This document shows positions 25,144 through 44,486 of a stretch of 64,000 nt of DNA, in pieces. A model generated the notes under the pieces. That model did no database searches, was not told the origin of the DNA, and worked only from the letters and a program-made list of their open reading frames with translations. Each line of letters opens with the position of its first letter. Within the stretch, counting starts at the first letter, position 1. The DNA is from Balanoglossus misakiensis (lineage: Eukaryota > Animalia > Hemichordata). Location: positions 5,689,319 through 5,753,318 of the forward strand of contig CM082594.2 of NCBI GenBank assembly GCA_040954595.2, in the 5' to 3' direction. A program made the position numbers and the translations under genes.

Positions 25144-28100
25144 CCTGGTAAAATCAGCCTCTGCACTTCAACTTATAATCTGAGAGGGAAAACAGAAATG
25201 TACAAATTATAACTTGTGATGTACGTGTGAAGGGAATCACAATTACATATTTGCCTGGAAATCCAGAAAGTCACACAACAGTAATCCTACATCTTGATAA
25301 AGGGACATGAACAATTCATTGTACATGAAATATCAAAGTTCACATCAAGACGTGGGTGTTCAGACTAATACTAGGGTTTGCAACTTATTGCATGGCTTAC
25401 AGGCTTGGGGCAAAATTAAATATTAAAACTTACCCACTCGCAATATTTACAAAACTAATCACTCAATCATGTAGATGTTTGGCTAAATATTTTGCTACAT
25501 GTTTGTTTTCTTCATAAAAAGCTAAATCTAATTTTGCCTGGTGATCATTGTCACATGGGTGGAGTTAGTTTCACATGATTATTGAGAGAGTGTCATCCAT
25601 TGGAAAGAAGTTTAAATTCATGTGCATTGCATACACCATTAACACCAACGTACGCAAAGCTGATGTTTGGTGTATCAAGACGGTTACCCCCTGGATATTC
25701 AGTCAAGGCTGGGGTTAGGGATAGGGTTAATGAAAGCCTCTGGCGGGAAAATACCCAGGGGGTGACTGCCCTAGCATCAGGAGTCAATATCACATCCTGA
25801 ACAGCAGGAAGCAAGCTAATAGTTTCTACAACATTATCAAATATCAGATACATCACAACTTTACTCAACAGGGGACATTTATACATTGGAAGTAAAAGTC
25901 ATACGATTGTTTACATCCGCTAAAGAGAAATTGAGTTCTTTGTCGACAAATACTACTGATATTAATTTACGGCAAACATAATCACAAGCCTGCATACATT
26001 TCCAAAGAAGATTTTGCAGTATTTGCATCTAAATATTATTGCAGAACTCGTCAGAAACTGCTGTTGCCTGTGTTATGATATTGTGTACATTTACAAAGAT
26101 GAAATTGCCAGTATTCTAGTGGCGTGACTTTTAGCTCATTTCCGGATCAATTTCATATCTGACCCACTTTGGATATCCGCATAACCAGTTCCACGTAACA
26201 CACCGACTGCAAGGAAGGATATTCATATCATGTTTAGAGTACACCCCTTTCCTTTGTATTGACTTTATCTGATTTCAAACATGACATGGAATGCATGAAA
26301 TTCCACATCAATGAAACTCCAAATGTAAAGGACTGGGTACCTGCACATGTTTTGTGTTCATGTAACTATGTGTGATGTTACCAGTTTAATATCAAGAGAT
26401 ATTCTTTTCATAAGAAAGAGACAAAAGGTTATCATAGTTATGTTTCTGGAACAGAGAAAGTATGCACTGAGTTTGTCATGTTCCTGTTTACATTTATTAT
26501 AATCACCAAAAGAGATGACTTGACCCAGTAGTTTCTGTCCTTCATAAGCCCTGTTGCTAAGACTAACACTATGATGGATAACAGGTGTGGTCATCAGATT
26601 ATGGCAAAGGACCTTGGGTATGATGCGATTGAGCTTGAGGCTTTATTAAAAAAAGTAAACTTGCGAGAATCAACCCCTCAGCAGACTGGAGGGGTCAGGG
26701 TTACACAACAAGTACACTGACTTTCCAACGGTGACCTTCACTCTGGGGTCAATCATGTATCAGTACTTTTTGAGCCTTGGGGAATGTAATAACTTTCAAT
26801 ACTTGATAGTCATGAAGTTTACATTTCCCACGGGCAAAGCAAGCTGAAGTCACTGCAAGAAGGTGACATCTGCATATTTCCAATTTTTTACATGCAGTCC
26901 AGAAAAAGTAATGGTGCACATCAAAGCAAAGTTTGAATGCATGCGGTAGTCTTACCATGATGCACATCACGTCTTGAAGTCAACACAAACTGTTCAAAGT
27001 CCTTCAAATGACCTGTCACCTTATTTTGTTTGTACTTGTTTTCAGTAACCTCACATCTTTCATTTTATGATTACAATATTACCCGAGGGTCGCCACGACA
27101 ATATTTGAAATTTGAGAACCAAACCACCTGAAATTTGTCAAAACCCCTGGACTCTTCACAACAAAGTGCACTAAGGAAAGTGTGACCAGATTTTCCGCAC
27201 TCTCGTTTTGATCAAATCCTGTCTGTGGGGCGCGATGTCTTCCTAACACCACGCAGAATAACAGCTCAGAGGGTACAGAGTAATTGGCAAGATGCCAGTT
27301 ATGACATAAGTGAAATGCCCTGCACGGAGAGAATGATGGGAAGGGAACACTGTTTAAGGCCAAACAATCACTCATGAGGACTATGCACTTTTAGATCTGG
27401 TAAAACTGAAAATGGTGTGGAGGCAGAAGTTATATTCTACAAACATTGAGGATTAGTAGCTGAAGTCCATATGAGTGTGTTCCTATGTACAAAGTCTGTG
27501 TTTTAGCAGTTAAGCCAGTTCAATACGCCCTCTTCGGTTCAGTGCATATATGGACAAGCATCATGCTGTAGACACAGTGGATGTAAACCATTTGTTGTGG
27601 ATGGGTATCTTACCTGCATGTGTCTATAGACATAGTTGCTGTCACTGTTACAGTTTGAATACAGACTGAATGCAATAATCTACCAACTCTTAAATGTGCA
27701 AGGGGTTATATGATTAAAGTACAGCTGTCATATGAAGGTCTAAAACATTCCTAAAACATCTAGTACGAACAAATTGCGCACATGGCAGAGTAACATGGTA
27801 CCAGTCACTCTCTCTGTTGTGTTATGTGTAAACCTCTGTTCTTTAGCAGTAGCTGTGGTTTCTACACCACACCCTGTATTTAACACGCTGTCACTCTTGT
27901 GTAAGGTTATTCTTCAGCCCTATTGTGTAACAACATAAAATGCAATGATATGTGACCCCTTGTTTTTCTTATATACGATCTAGGTCCGGGACAAAACCAA
28001 GAAGCTACTTGGTGGCTATGAGGGGAAAAACCATAAAAACCACACACAGCTTTCACTTTTGCATTCTCAATACCCAGAATTCCTCTGGTCACTCTCTGTC

Positions 28101-31100
28101 TATCTTGATACCCAGAAATCAACTCGTCTGGGAATTCCAAAGTACGATGACTAGGGCCACAGTTTAAGGGTATGAAAGTGAAATGTTCGGTTTCTGCTAT
28201 TGCTAGATTTAGATACAAATTCTGAAACTTGGCCGCAAGAAGCTACTTTTTGCGACTGAATAGTGAATCTCTTTATTTCAGTACTATTGCTACTTTTTGT
28301 GACTGAATGCAAGGTGACTTTTCCCAATGATTCAAATTTTCTGATGGGCTGGAGACGACAAAACTTGCAAAGAACCAAGTTTCAGCAAGTTGAATTGGGT
28401 ATATGTATACATCCTTCAGTTCATACAGACCTTCAAAATGGATAGCCCACACTCAAGGCTCTGTCTGCACTACAGTGCCTTGACAATAACAACATACACG
28501 CAACACATAGATGTTACTGACTCACCTCGGCTCGACTGACTCAGTGACTGTCCACTTGTTGATTGTTTTGGTTGTCACGTAGAAAATAACACCAGTCGCA
28601 GTGAAGACGTACTATCACAATACCAGCTAGTTGTGTACTTCAGGGAAAACTTGTCAGATGTCCAACTTCTTGGAGAACTTTGGACCGTACGTGTTTACCA
28701 AAACAGTTGCGAAATGTCTCTACTGTGAGAGAGAGAGAGAAAAAAGACCAGGCCGTTATGACGTTTTCACACTGACTGTGACGAGGCTGGACGACTTAAA
28801 AACTTTTCAATGGACACTTAGGACATGCATTGTTGACGATAAACAAATCCTCTTGACATTCAAATTGGGCACATACCACTTGAACGTGGGTGGGTCTTAC
28901 GTGTACACCTGAAGTGAGGGGGGTTTATTGTATCTTTACAAAGAAGAATCTCGAGAAGTAAAATGTATTTTTGCGATGACGAAATCTGGTAAGAGTGCTC
29001 TGTTCTGCTTTCTAGATAAATACCATATCTTCAGAGACACAGGCAGCCATTCACTGATTCTCTACATGCAAAATAAACAGCTATAGCCCCCAGCCAATAC
29101 AATGAAGCCACCCAACTCCAACAACATAGCTACCCCGACGACTTTCGTATTCCCAAGTGAACCCACTCCCGCCCTATGACGCAGGGGTCGTACGACCAAA
29201 CATGGACATCGTCCCACATACATTAGCCATATACGGCATGAAAGTTTTGTATGGCCAGAGAGCTACAGTGCATTCATTGCAAAGTTTCACACTTCGTCTG
29301 ACTGACAAACAACAATAGGCATAATAGACGAGTTAAGAATAGAGTCTCAACGTCACTTTAGTATGGCACGCATGTCTAAATGTTTTGGTGGATATATGTA
29401 GGTCATATTCTTCGGCATATACACTGCAGCGTGCTCCATTCATGTGGTTTCCAAATCAATAGCATATTGTCTTGATCTCTCAATCCCTTTCAGACATTCT
29501 GTCAATTTGCATAACTGTTAACAGTTACACAAGACTTAACACCAACTGAGCTCTCAATCAACAACAATCAGGGAAACATACATGCACATGTTTAGCAAAC
29601 TAGCTCTCTATCAACACTCAACAGACTGTTTAAGTGTTGAACAAATACCATATGGTCGGCAACCTGGTATTCACAGTCAATCATCTTTTCAGCCCTTGTT
29701 TCAACATTCTAAACTACCTACATGTGTGCAATTTTTACACAGAAAGCTTCTGTAGATTTACAAGCTCTGTCTGTGTCATGTACATGTACATATATGTCAT
29801 ACTGTAGAGGGATCGATTCTCCTCCATAATCTATGAAGTTGAAGATAGCCAGTGGATTAACATTGAAGAGGGTCAGAATGTCAAACACTCTGCATCAACC
29901 TGCAGCTTCACAAGCGAGCCCTCTCACAAGGTGATCGACAACTAGCATTGATATCTGATCACGAAATGGTTACCCTTTGAGTGCAAGTTTTAAATAAATA
30001 TAAGATTGAGCAAACCCTTTGAGTTGTGTATTGAACCTGTATATATCATCACTGCTACAGTACCATTGTCAAGTATATGTATAAATAGTCTGGTAACTAG
30101 CCGTATTTACTTCCAAGGAAGCAAAGCAGACAAAATACGGCTAGGTACTAGACTAATGTATAAACACAAAAGTGAGTTTGACAATGGTGATTTCTAGTTG
30201 AACCCCGAAAAGCTGGAGGCCAGATAAAATCCAACCTCCACTCTGGCTTTATCTAATCACTTCTCAAGGACTCAATTACTGCCATAAAATAAAGGATTAT
30301 CACCAAGTGTGTGTGCTCATCAAGTACTATTCTTCTTGGACTGTCATCTCGGTTGTTGACAAAGACTGATAAAAGAGAGGACTGCTGACACAAATCATTT
30401 CAAAGTTTGTCTTGCAGCATGTGACTTTGAAATTTGATGAGCCACACAAGACAAGTTCAATGATGATGGGGTGATAAAATCTGAGTTTGGCCGTGGTGGA
30501 TGGAGTGTGTCAATGTTACAGCCTGTGGAGGTATTGACACACTGGGGACCTAGAGGGACTCTACCCTTGAGAAGTTCTGGAGTGCTAGACTGTATTCAAC
30601 ATCAAAACAAAACTGATGCTTCTACAGCATTATGATAAATTGTCGCAACAGCAGTTTCAAATCAACTTTCTCATTGGCTAAATCCAAGTGGACCCATCCG
30701 ACTGACCTCTTCATCGTGAACTTGCTCACATATAATTCTGTAGATAAACACTCGTCAACTTTTGTATTCTGCCTATGTCCCAGACTATCAGCCTCGTCGG
30801 CTGGTGATTGACTGTACTGAATGCCAATCAACATGTATCATGTTGTCACAAATTTAAATAGGCGAGACAAAAATTCAGTTTCACAAAACCTCCATTCCAC
30901 GCCCTGTTACAAATTATAAAGCCAAACATACAGCTGGCATACCACTCAAATATCAAACGGGACCAGGATCCCAGTATGACCTATACACAATCAATCACAG
31001 CAATTCACATGTGGGGTTGATGACCGCAAGTTAAATTGTATGCCATATATACATGTACATTATTACTATTGACCTATATAATGACTTTCTGCAATTGAAA

Positions 31101-31750
31101 ATTATGGAGGAGGAAATGTACTGTTTATAATAAAGCAGAGAAAGTAACACAGGAAGTGTCAAAAATGACCTCCTTCTATTCAGTACCAGTATTAGTTTAC
31201 CAATACCAATATTTTGTACAATATATTATCTACATGTACATGTAGAGTTTCAGGGGTACGTGACACAAAATGTATGATCCAAATAGAGCTTTTTTGTATA
31301 CATGTTCATCCAGGTGCTTTGTAGTATTGTTCAATTGTACATTGATCAGTGGCCATGGCTAAAATCTCCTTTGGGGGTCAGATGGTTCTACTTCATTAAA
31401 ATTTAAGCTCAGTACCTGTCTCAAGGTCAGAGTAATTAAGAATCTTCACAAAGCCCCCAAATCAACAATAACACCAGGCACGTATATGTGCTTAAAGAAT
31501 TGATTTTCTCATCACATTTAAATTATTATAATTGTTCACTGACCATATTGTTCCCCAATTAGGTAATCACTGTTTGTGGAAACTCTTTGAAAACAGACCA
31601 GGATAATAACATTTTCTCATGGAAATTCCATACATTCATCCAAACATAAGCCCTGCAGAGTTCTGAATACATGTAAACAAACATAATTAAACCATGAGTT
31701 ACGTGCTGTGAGATCTTCACAAATACACACACACACACACACACAGAAAG

Positions 31751-31855
31751 TACAGTGAAACCTGTCATAACAGACACCTCCCTTATCAGGACACCTCTCT
31801 ATTAAGGACAGATTTTCTGGTCCAGAGGTGTCCTTAATAGACAGGTTTCACTGTA
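31751..31855. mobile_element. Tc1/mariner-pogo-type MITE (TA-CAGTG...CACTG-TA). A degenerate relative lies at ~37689-37821
   Basis: 14-bp TIRs cagtgaaacctgtc / gacaggtttcactg with flanking TA. Confidence 0.8.
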
Positions 31856-34665
31856 CCTCAATTAACTCCAACAATATCTACATACATCCACTCACCTTAA
31901 GACTCCTGTCAAAGACTCGAATTGAAACAGACTATTGGCAGATGAGAATTTAAATAAGTAAGACATCTCCAGACTGTCATACAGACACTCAACTAAATAC
32001 CGTAGTCATTATTTGACGAGCATACTACGCCACTAGTAGCAGAAACGCTGGAGTAGTATTACACGCGTGAGTAATGGGTCTGACACACTGCTGTCTATGA
32101 CACATTACAATCCAATGCATCAGACAGAACACATGTTAGTGTGTATATAAACAGAGGAAGTTCACTTCTGTGCTGAGCATGGAACATGTACAACAGCACA
32201 AGAGGAACTTTCCATAAAACACTGATCTCTCAGCCTATCAGATCATTCATTGAAATGTACGCTATACAATGCACTAAATGAAACGAACGAATCCCTAAAA
32301 TTTGAGTACGCCAAACGACAAAATCCCCTTCAAGGCCTCAATGTGGTCTGACTCAAAACTCATTGATGATTCAGCCACGTGTTTCCGTCCGCCAATTACA
32401 ACGAATTCCGAAAAGGTCATGGAAATCTGCTCAGCATGTCTGCGGATATTACTACAATTTATTATGTTTTTTCCACGGATGTTTGCATCAGGGAAGCTAT
32501 TGTGTGTATGAGATATGCTGAAGTATGATAATCAGCACTGAGCAAAATTTACAATAGATACAATTATGCCATGCATCTGCCCCTGGAGAATCACCTTTCT
32601 ATAGTAGTGCTGCAAGTATTAATGACACATATTACAATATGCGAAATGTTATGTAGTAGATATCCTGGCCTGGATTTTAAGAGCAAACTATAACAGATCC
32701 CCTTCTTCCTCTCCATTTTTTACGTGGATGAAAATTTACAAATATAACGCATACATATTTGCATAATTAAAACTGTGTAAGACCACACACATCTACCACT
32801 ATATCTAATTGGCTAATTACAACCTAATAATAATATTTCATATAAAATCAAAAATGAGAATGCAGTTGTCATTAGGTATTAAATCGACAGTGTAAAGATT
32901 GATCCACATGCATAATTATTAAGATGGCTATAGGTTCGCGTTCAGATGACAATTTTATTCCACATCGATTACACTGGCTGGTTTTGTTTCCTGTGGTTGT
33001 GTTGGCAAGATGCCAAGTCAAAAGAGAGCCTGGCAATTCATCTTTGTATTTAATGCTTTTTAAAAGGGAACTGGTGATATTTATTGCAAGTTTTATGAGA
33101 TTGAACAGCCTACGGATAAGCATGAATAATGGACAGTTAACGGAACCAAATTGTTATTAAGTGGAGAAATTAATGCTATGGAGAATTCCAGTACTATTAT
33201 TAAAACTGGAAAAAATGTTGAGACATGGAAAAAGAGGGCACATGTTTCAACCGGTTACCCGCAATTAAAATTTACAATATGGCATGGTATAAGTGTGAAT
33301 TTTATTATGAAGGATGGATGTCCCAGGCAGCGGGCAGTTTGATATATCCATAAATAGAGAAATATTTCACTTGGATATGGTCCAAGAAACAGACATTTGA
33401 AATAGATGTGGAAGCTATCTGTGATGCACACTGACAATTGGTTTTATGAAAGGCGTTTGTGCTCTGCAGACAGGCTTCAAAGTGCCTGATCTTTGATCTC
33501 ACACTTACAGTACATATGCATGTATGTACAAAGCATTGTACACACACAATGGCACGAATGAAGTACGAGTCGTGACCTTGCATTTCGCGGCTACACGTGT
33601 TTCTCGTACATTTAACATGTCGGGGAAAGCTACTGTTACGTGAAACTACGACTCTTGACAAAACCGTGAAACTAGTGTCAACCGACCCGCCAACCCACAC
33701 ACATTTTTGAACGCCCACCTGACTTATTGGTTTCATCATGGACGTACATGTTTCATGAACTACGACTCTTTCCTAGCCCTTTTCTGATTGAATTCCTTTA
33801 AATATGTGTATGATCGATATATTAATGATCGAATAAGTTTTAGTGGTAGAGTGTGATGGACAGAAAGAAACGATAATGGGCTGCTTTCGGCCTGAAGCCA
33901 AGTTATATGCGCAGTGCAGTGCAGTGTACATGTACGTCCATCATGTTGAACTTCGAAGTCAAAACATCACGTCGGTCGTCAAATAAACCAGCTCAAAGTC
34001 CACAGAAGAAGGCAAATATAGACGAGTACGAGTTGACCTCCCCTTTCCATACACATTAAGCTGAAAAAAAATTCCAGAAAATGTTAAAATTACTCACTGA
34101 AAGACGACGACTCAACTCTGTCTTCTGCTTCTGATCGTCCTCTAAACCGGATGTAAACAATGTACAGTCGATCACGCCGGTGCCACGCCCACACTGACTG
34201 TGACGACCTTGATTAATAGGCTCGATCGCAGGTTTTTGTTTTTGAAAAGGTCCTGCTTATGTTTCAAGATTATTCTGTTAAAAAATAAACCAAATGTTGA
34301 CTCAAAAAAGACAAGATGGAGACAAATACAGAGTGGGAGACAAATGTTTGGTATAAAAGTGTTGGCTTATCAAGACTGTGTTTGATGCGCCTGCAGAGGG
34401 CGCCGGTCAATGTGAATTTTGTCGTCTGCTGCAACATGGACACTGCTGGTAACGTTTCTTATCAATATGTCATTTTCCATCACAGAGGATCACATTTTTT
34501 AATACCTTGTAGCCGACAATGTTCCCTAAATTCACTGATTGTACAATATCTACCTGGTTTGCGCGCTGAAACTTTAACTGACAGGATTTGAGAAAGCGAC
34601 TGTAGCAGACTGATTTCTTTCACGTACATTTCGGCAAATGAAATATATTCGGGTTACAAGCCACG

Positions 34666-34824
34666 ATGTACATCAGATGCTTTGGAATTTTCTTCTTTCT
34701 GGTGTCGCTTAGTCTACGAGAATTATGTTCAGGTAAGTCATGAGTCAGTCAGTGTATCCTCTATGTTTTCTTGACGGGTTTGGTTGATGGATGGATGGAT
34801 GGATGGATAGATAGAATATAGATG

Positions 34825-34907
<83 letters not shown>

Positions 34908-37900
34908 GTAGATAGATTCAATTTACACTCCATTTTTTATTTAGGAACACCACTGAATAAATTCATCAAGAACTTTGAACCAGTCTATTACAATAGAGAT
35001 GAGCTCACTTCAAGACATCACATTGTCAAAAGGTCACCAAGAAAAAATCTACAATTGCAGTTCTCAGCATTTGATAAGTATGCAACAACAACATGAATAG
35101 ACACAACTCAATGGAACAAAGTTATTGCATCCAGGGGATTTTTTTCGATTTATTACCAGTGCTTGTATAAACTTGGTTACCTTGTAACCATCTTTACAAT
35201 GGTAGAAAATATGTCTTAGTTACTTTTCTACTTTCAAATAAATGAACCAACAATGCCCATTCTTCATGATTTTATAATATTTTCTTTTTACACACATTTC
35301 CACAGGTTGTTTGAGTTACAGCTGCATCAAGACAGGGCTGTCTTCACAGCTGATGCAGTCATTGAGACTGGCACTGGAACTCCGATTGAGTTTGATCAGT
35401 CAAGGGTCTACATTGGAAGTTTGAAAGGTCAGTCTGCTGGGGGACAAACTAATACAGCTATTTAATATCTTCTAGTTTCAAAGTTTGTACATAAAACGAA
35501 GCCTTCTTTCCAATGAGCAGCGCCCTCATCATGTGGTAAAATGTTAGACATTTGTTTTCACAGAAATAACACTGTCTCTCGGTACCATTATGAATAAAGT
35601 GCCTGTTTTGAGAATCACAGCTGAAATCCAGATATACATTTGTTTTCTTATAATTTGCTGGCAGTTCTGAACAAGTATAAGTTTATGATTATGTCAGGGA
35701 AATGTGATTGTTCTATTGGATATAAAAAACTTCAATTTGGATACAAAAAGTAGAAATAACTCACAGGATGAACCTGATAAAATGTGTTTGAAGAAGAATG
35801 TGAAAATTATGTTTCTCGTCATAGGTCAAATCAACACTGCCGTGCATGGTGTCATCACAGAAGAAGGCTTGTTTGATGGTAATATCATCACCCCAGAAAA
35901 CGAGTACATCATCGAGTCAGCGGCAAGATATTTCCAACAGGATGGTTCAGGTGATACCGCGAAAAGCGTAGACTTTCAGTCCATAATTTACAGAATATCA
36001 GATATTGAGTTTCCGAGCAATTTGCCCATGCACTGCGGATTCAAGTACGGGCCGGGAATCGCCTTGAAGAGAATGCGAGCCAAGTACGGTGGGTGGCTGC
36101 GGCGACCGAAGCGATACAACACCCAGAGGACCTGCTGTGGCTTGTTCCTGCAAGGGGATCACACGTTCACGCAGTACCACGGGTCGGTCATCTCAGCCGT
36201 GGAGGCACTCGTTCTTCTCATCCAGAGCATGAACATCATGTACCCCGTGGTGGACTTTGATGACGACGGCGGTGCGGACAACATCACGTTCGCGGTGCAG
36301 CGAATGAAGATGTACACTGCGGAGTCCCTGGGCGATCCCGACTACCCGCTCGGCGGGGATCTCTCCGACTCCTCCGAGTACCTGGATCTGTTTTCCATGA
36401 TGGGGAACTATGACGATTACTGCCTGGCGTATGTTTTCACGGATCGGGAGTTCGATGAAGGTGTTCTTGGTCTGGCCTGGAAAGCAAGCCATCTGAGTAT
36501 TAGTGGTGGAATCTGCCAGAATCGAGTGGTGAGAGTCACAACAAATCTTGAAGATTTAGAATTGTAAACCATCAAGAAGACTTGTAGTATAAAATGCAGA
36601 AAATAACCCTGTTTCTTTTTCTTTTCAGTATTTTGCTGGAACGCTGCAAAATTTGAATACAGGACTTGTGACTTTGCGGAATGACGGTCTTCATCTCCCG
36701 GCTGTTGTCATGTCTTTTACTCTGGAACATGAAATTGGTCATTCCTTTGGAGCTAGTGTAAGATAAACGTGGTTGTCCTTGTGTTTGTCTCGAGACTATC
36801 CAGCGATTACCACAATGGTCCAGTCCAAATCCATTGTTTTCTACAGTAAGGTTGGACCTCTAGAGGGAACTGGTGGTGAAAGGGTTAGAACTTAGACCTT
36901 CAAGCCAAACTCAAAACCACCTGCTGTAGTTTGTGGGGTTTTTTTTTTAAAAGAGTGAGCAGACCCTGCCCAACTTGCAGCATCCACCATAAACAAATCT
37001 ATAGCTATCCCCTCCCCAGCTATTATTGTCAATACACCACATGTATAACTAACTGTACACCTGATTCCTAAATGTAGCATGACATACTCACAAGTGATGT
37101 CTGTTCACCGGGTGAGGAGGAAGGAGGGGTGTACACCATGAATCCATATGCAGTGGATGGATCGCAACCAAACAACAGAAGATTTTCCCCGTGCTCTAAG
37201 GAGGAGATGGATAGCATCATCAAAGCTTTTGGCATCAGCAGTGATGGTTGCTTTATAGGTTAGTCAGGTTTGTTTGTTTGAAAGGACAAGTATTTGAGAA
37301 GTCCACCACAATACAATGTCTCTCACCTCAACGATTCTTGAAAGTTGCAGAATATGAGCAAATTCACTCTTCTACTCCTAGTTAAAGTATCCCGAAGAAC
37401 TTCAGGAAAGTCCTTGAAATTTGAGCATCTACATGTATATACCCTGGATTTGCTTGCTAAAAACTAACACTTACATTTTTCTGCCTCTCTGCAGAACATC
37501 CACTGTCAGTTTGTGGCAATGGCATTGTTGAAGGTGATGAAGAGTGTGATTGTGGATTCACCCACGACTGTGTGGATGACTGTTGTTATCCAATGGACAG
37601 CGGTGGAATGTCTGATGGTACACCCTGTACTCTCAAACCAGGTGCTGTATGTAGGTGAGCATGCAAGCTGTGACGATGTATTAACCAGTACAGTAAAACC
37701 TGTCTAAACCGAACCCTGTCTAATCTGAAAAGCTGCCTTTTACCGACGACATAATCACCAGTGAAAACTGATCCATTTCTTCAGTCCGTTTGGTGTTTGG
37801 TTTAGACATGTTTTAATGTACTTTGAGGCAATTTGCATCTGTAGAAGTCCCTTTCACTGTAAAACAGTAAATGTGGGGATTTTATTTTGCTGAAGTTGAA

Positions 37901-39525
37901 TTTTATGGTTCAAACTGACCATTGTCAATGTCCAAATTCCTATCTGAATACCTCTCAACATTTCTAAGGACTGTTTTGTTTTATTTTTTTAGCCCTGAAA
38001 CCAATCCTTGTTGCAGCAAAGAGTGCAGTTTTTACACAGAGAGTGATGATATGCTGTGTAGAGAAGATAGTGCATGTGTTGATGCAGCTTACTGTCAATA
38101 TCCTTTATACATGTTATTTCATCTGTCGTCTTGTGCTCTTCAGACCCTATATCCCCATTTCCCTATGTGTTGGGCCAGCTTTACAATAGAAAACAGTAGG
38201 TTTAGACTAAACCATGGTGGTGAAAGGGGTAACCATGTAACTCTTCACTAAATCTTTCGTCTTAATGTCAGTTGTAATCCCCGGGCCTACATGTACACCA
38301 ATGTAAGCTTGGGTCCTCCCGCTGAAAGCAAATTAGTGGGTGGACCATTTGCTCACATTAGGGCCACTTGCATCTGCCTTTCAAATGCATAATGTGCAAA
38401 ATTTTACCAGGTGAAATAGGATATCTGTTACCGGTATTCCTTGACAAATGTGTTTAAGGATGATGGCTTATGTTCCAGTCCTGTGTTCAAACCAGATGGA
38501 ACAATGTGCAGTGCTGACATGATATGCTTTGATGGAGTAAGTGTCCTGTTTTGTTTTGTAGTGTACTGTACTGTGCTGAACTGTTCAATTCTGTGGGTGA
38601 CATTTGCCTGGCATGTGTATTTTGCAAACAATAATGTCCTTGTATCTAATCTTGTTAATAATGCATTTAATTATTTTCATTATATACAAGGAATGCTCCA
38701 GTTCACTCTGTGAAGTGTATGGCTTTGAGAGATGCCAGTGCAGTCTGGAATCAGAACTGTGTCATTTATGCTGCACTGTGGATGGAACTTGCATGTAAGT
38801 CTTGGTGTCACTCATGCCAGTTTTGACTACAGTATTCTGTCAATAACAGATCAAAAGTTACTTTCTGCAGGAGATTTTAATATCTGAAATGTGACTGATT
38901 TACTTATGAATCAGATCTTGTTAAAGAAAGATCATACTATAGTACATTATAAACTTTTCAAAGTCCTACTCACATCTGACATGTACCCTACAAGTTGGAC
39001 GATCATTGGTGAGACCCCAGTTTTTACTTTGTATGTTCCAGCTCATCATATAATATAGACAACATGGCTGATGCAAAGGTCCAGCCTGGACGTCCTTGTA
39101 ATGGCTTCAAGGGTTACTGTGACAGTGATCTCCGATGCCAAGAGGTAATGCATTATTCATTTCTCTCTGTAGAATTTGTCACCACACAGTTAAGCATATA
39201 TTTCAGTAGTTGGCGTTGGCTGCATTTTATAAGCAGAAGTCTGACAACCAAGTCCAACTAGATACTTGCATATCATTTCTAATGTTCACTTGTTTTTAAT
39301 CTTGCTCGTCAGGTGGAACCCAAAATTGAATTGCTGCCCATTGTGATAGAAGAGGGTTCGTCTCTGTCGTCCTGGTTACCAGGCCACTGGTGGGTCATCA
39401 TCTTAATCGTCTTGGCAACTGCAGGTGTCATTGTCGTCATTGGATACAAAGTAATGCAACGGCCAGGGCAGGTCATACCCGAAGAAGCCGGTCCAGACTC
39501 TTCCCTCTACGCACAAAATGCATAG
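34666..39525 (+). CDS. ADAM10: ADAM10/Kuzbanian-like metalloprotease-disintegrin, 12 coding exons
   Basis: Exons ~34666-34732, 34945-35077, 35306-35427, 35825-36528, 36629-36757, 37078-37258, 37495-37653, 37993-38097, 38458-38536, 38691-38794, 39042-39144 and 39313-39525. Contains a signal peptide, prodomain [10 protein letters not shown], furin site [26 protein letters not shown], zinc motif [12 protein letters not shown], disintegrin [28 protein letters not shown], a TM helix and a short tail. Probably a paralog rather than the main ortholog. Confidence 0.88.
34786..34916. repeat. (TGGA)n/(TAGA)n microsatellite in ADAM10 intron 1
   Basis: Direct repeat. Confidence 0.95.
38098..38457 (+). 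other. U12-type (minor spliceosome) intron with AT...AA termini
   Basis: 5' site ATATCCTT at 38098 and U12 branch consensus TTCCTTGAC at 38437-38445. The frame-preserving 3' junction at a plausible distance from the branch point is ...TTTAA|G at 38457/38458. Confidence 0.8.
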
Positions 39526-40246
39526 CTGAGAAGACTATTCAATTTTGTACATAAAGTTACTGTGCTTTTAGAATGTTACCACTGAGTTTTAGATAACACA
39601 GAACTATGCTGTGTATATTTTCTTGATGATTTTGGACTTTTGGAAACTATGAACTTGTTTCAGTATACTGTTTTGTATTGATTAATTAAACATACCTGTT
39701 GGTATGTGATTGACTACTGTTTTAAAAGTAAGGAATTTATTGCTTTGCATATGAATTTTGTGAAGTTGCCACATGACTGGTTATACAGTCTGAATTCTTG
39801 ATTTCACTTATTAGACTTGTATAAAGACAGATTTTTTAAAGACTTGCAAATGATTCATTTTATATATCCTCAGGCTGTCATTATTTTATTTGTATGGTGT
39901 TTAAATGTAATAAATATTGAATTACATAGGAAAGGAGGAATTTTTCATGGCTCTTCCCTGCAGAAATAGGGTGCATAGCAACATTTTGTTGTGTAAATTG
40001 CCCAGAATTTCAAAATCTAACACTGACCCAAGGCAAACAACGTGTAATAGTATGACAGATTCAACGCACGGCATCTGTATGTGTATAGTTATAGAAAAAC
40101 AAAAGCCTAGCACTTCATTTGTGCAAGAGGGCGGCAGCTAACAGAGGAAATCGCCGGCGAACAAACACACCGGACCCACGCCATCTCCAGTAATCTAAAA
40201 ATAAAGAAAGGAAATCTGACCGGCGTTGAGTCAAAACCTGGAGAAA

Positions 40247-44486
<4,240 letters not shown>

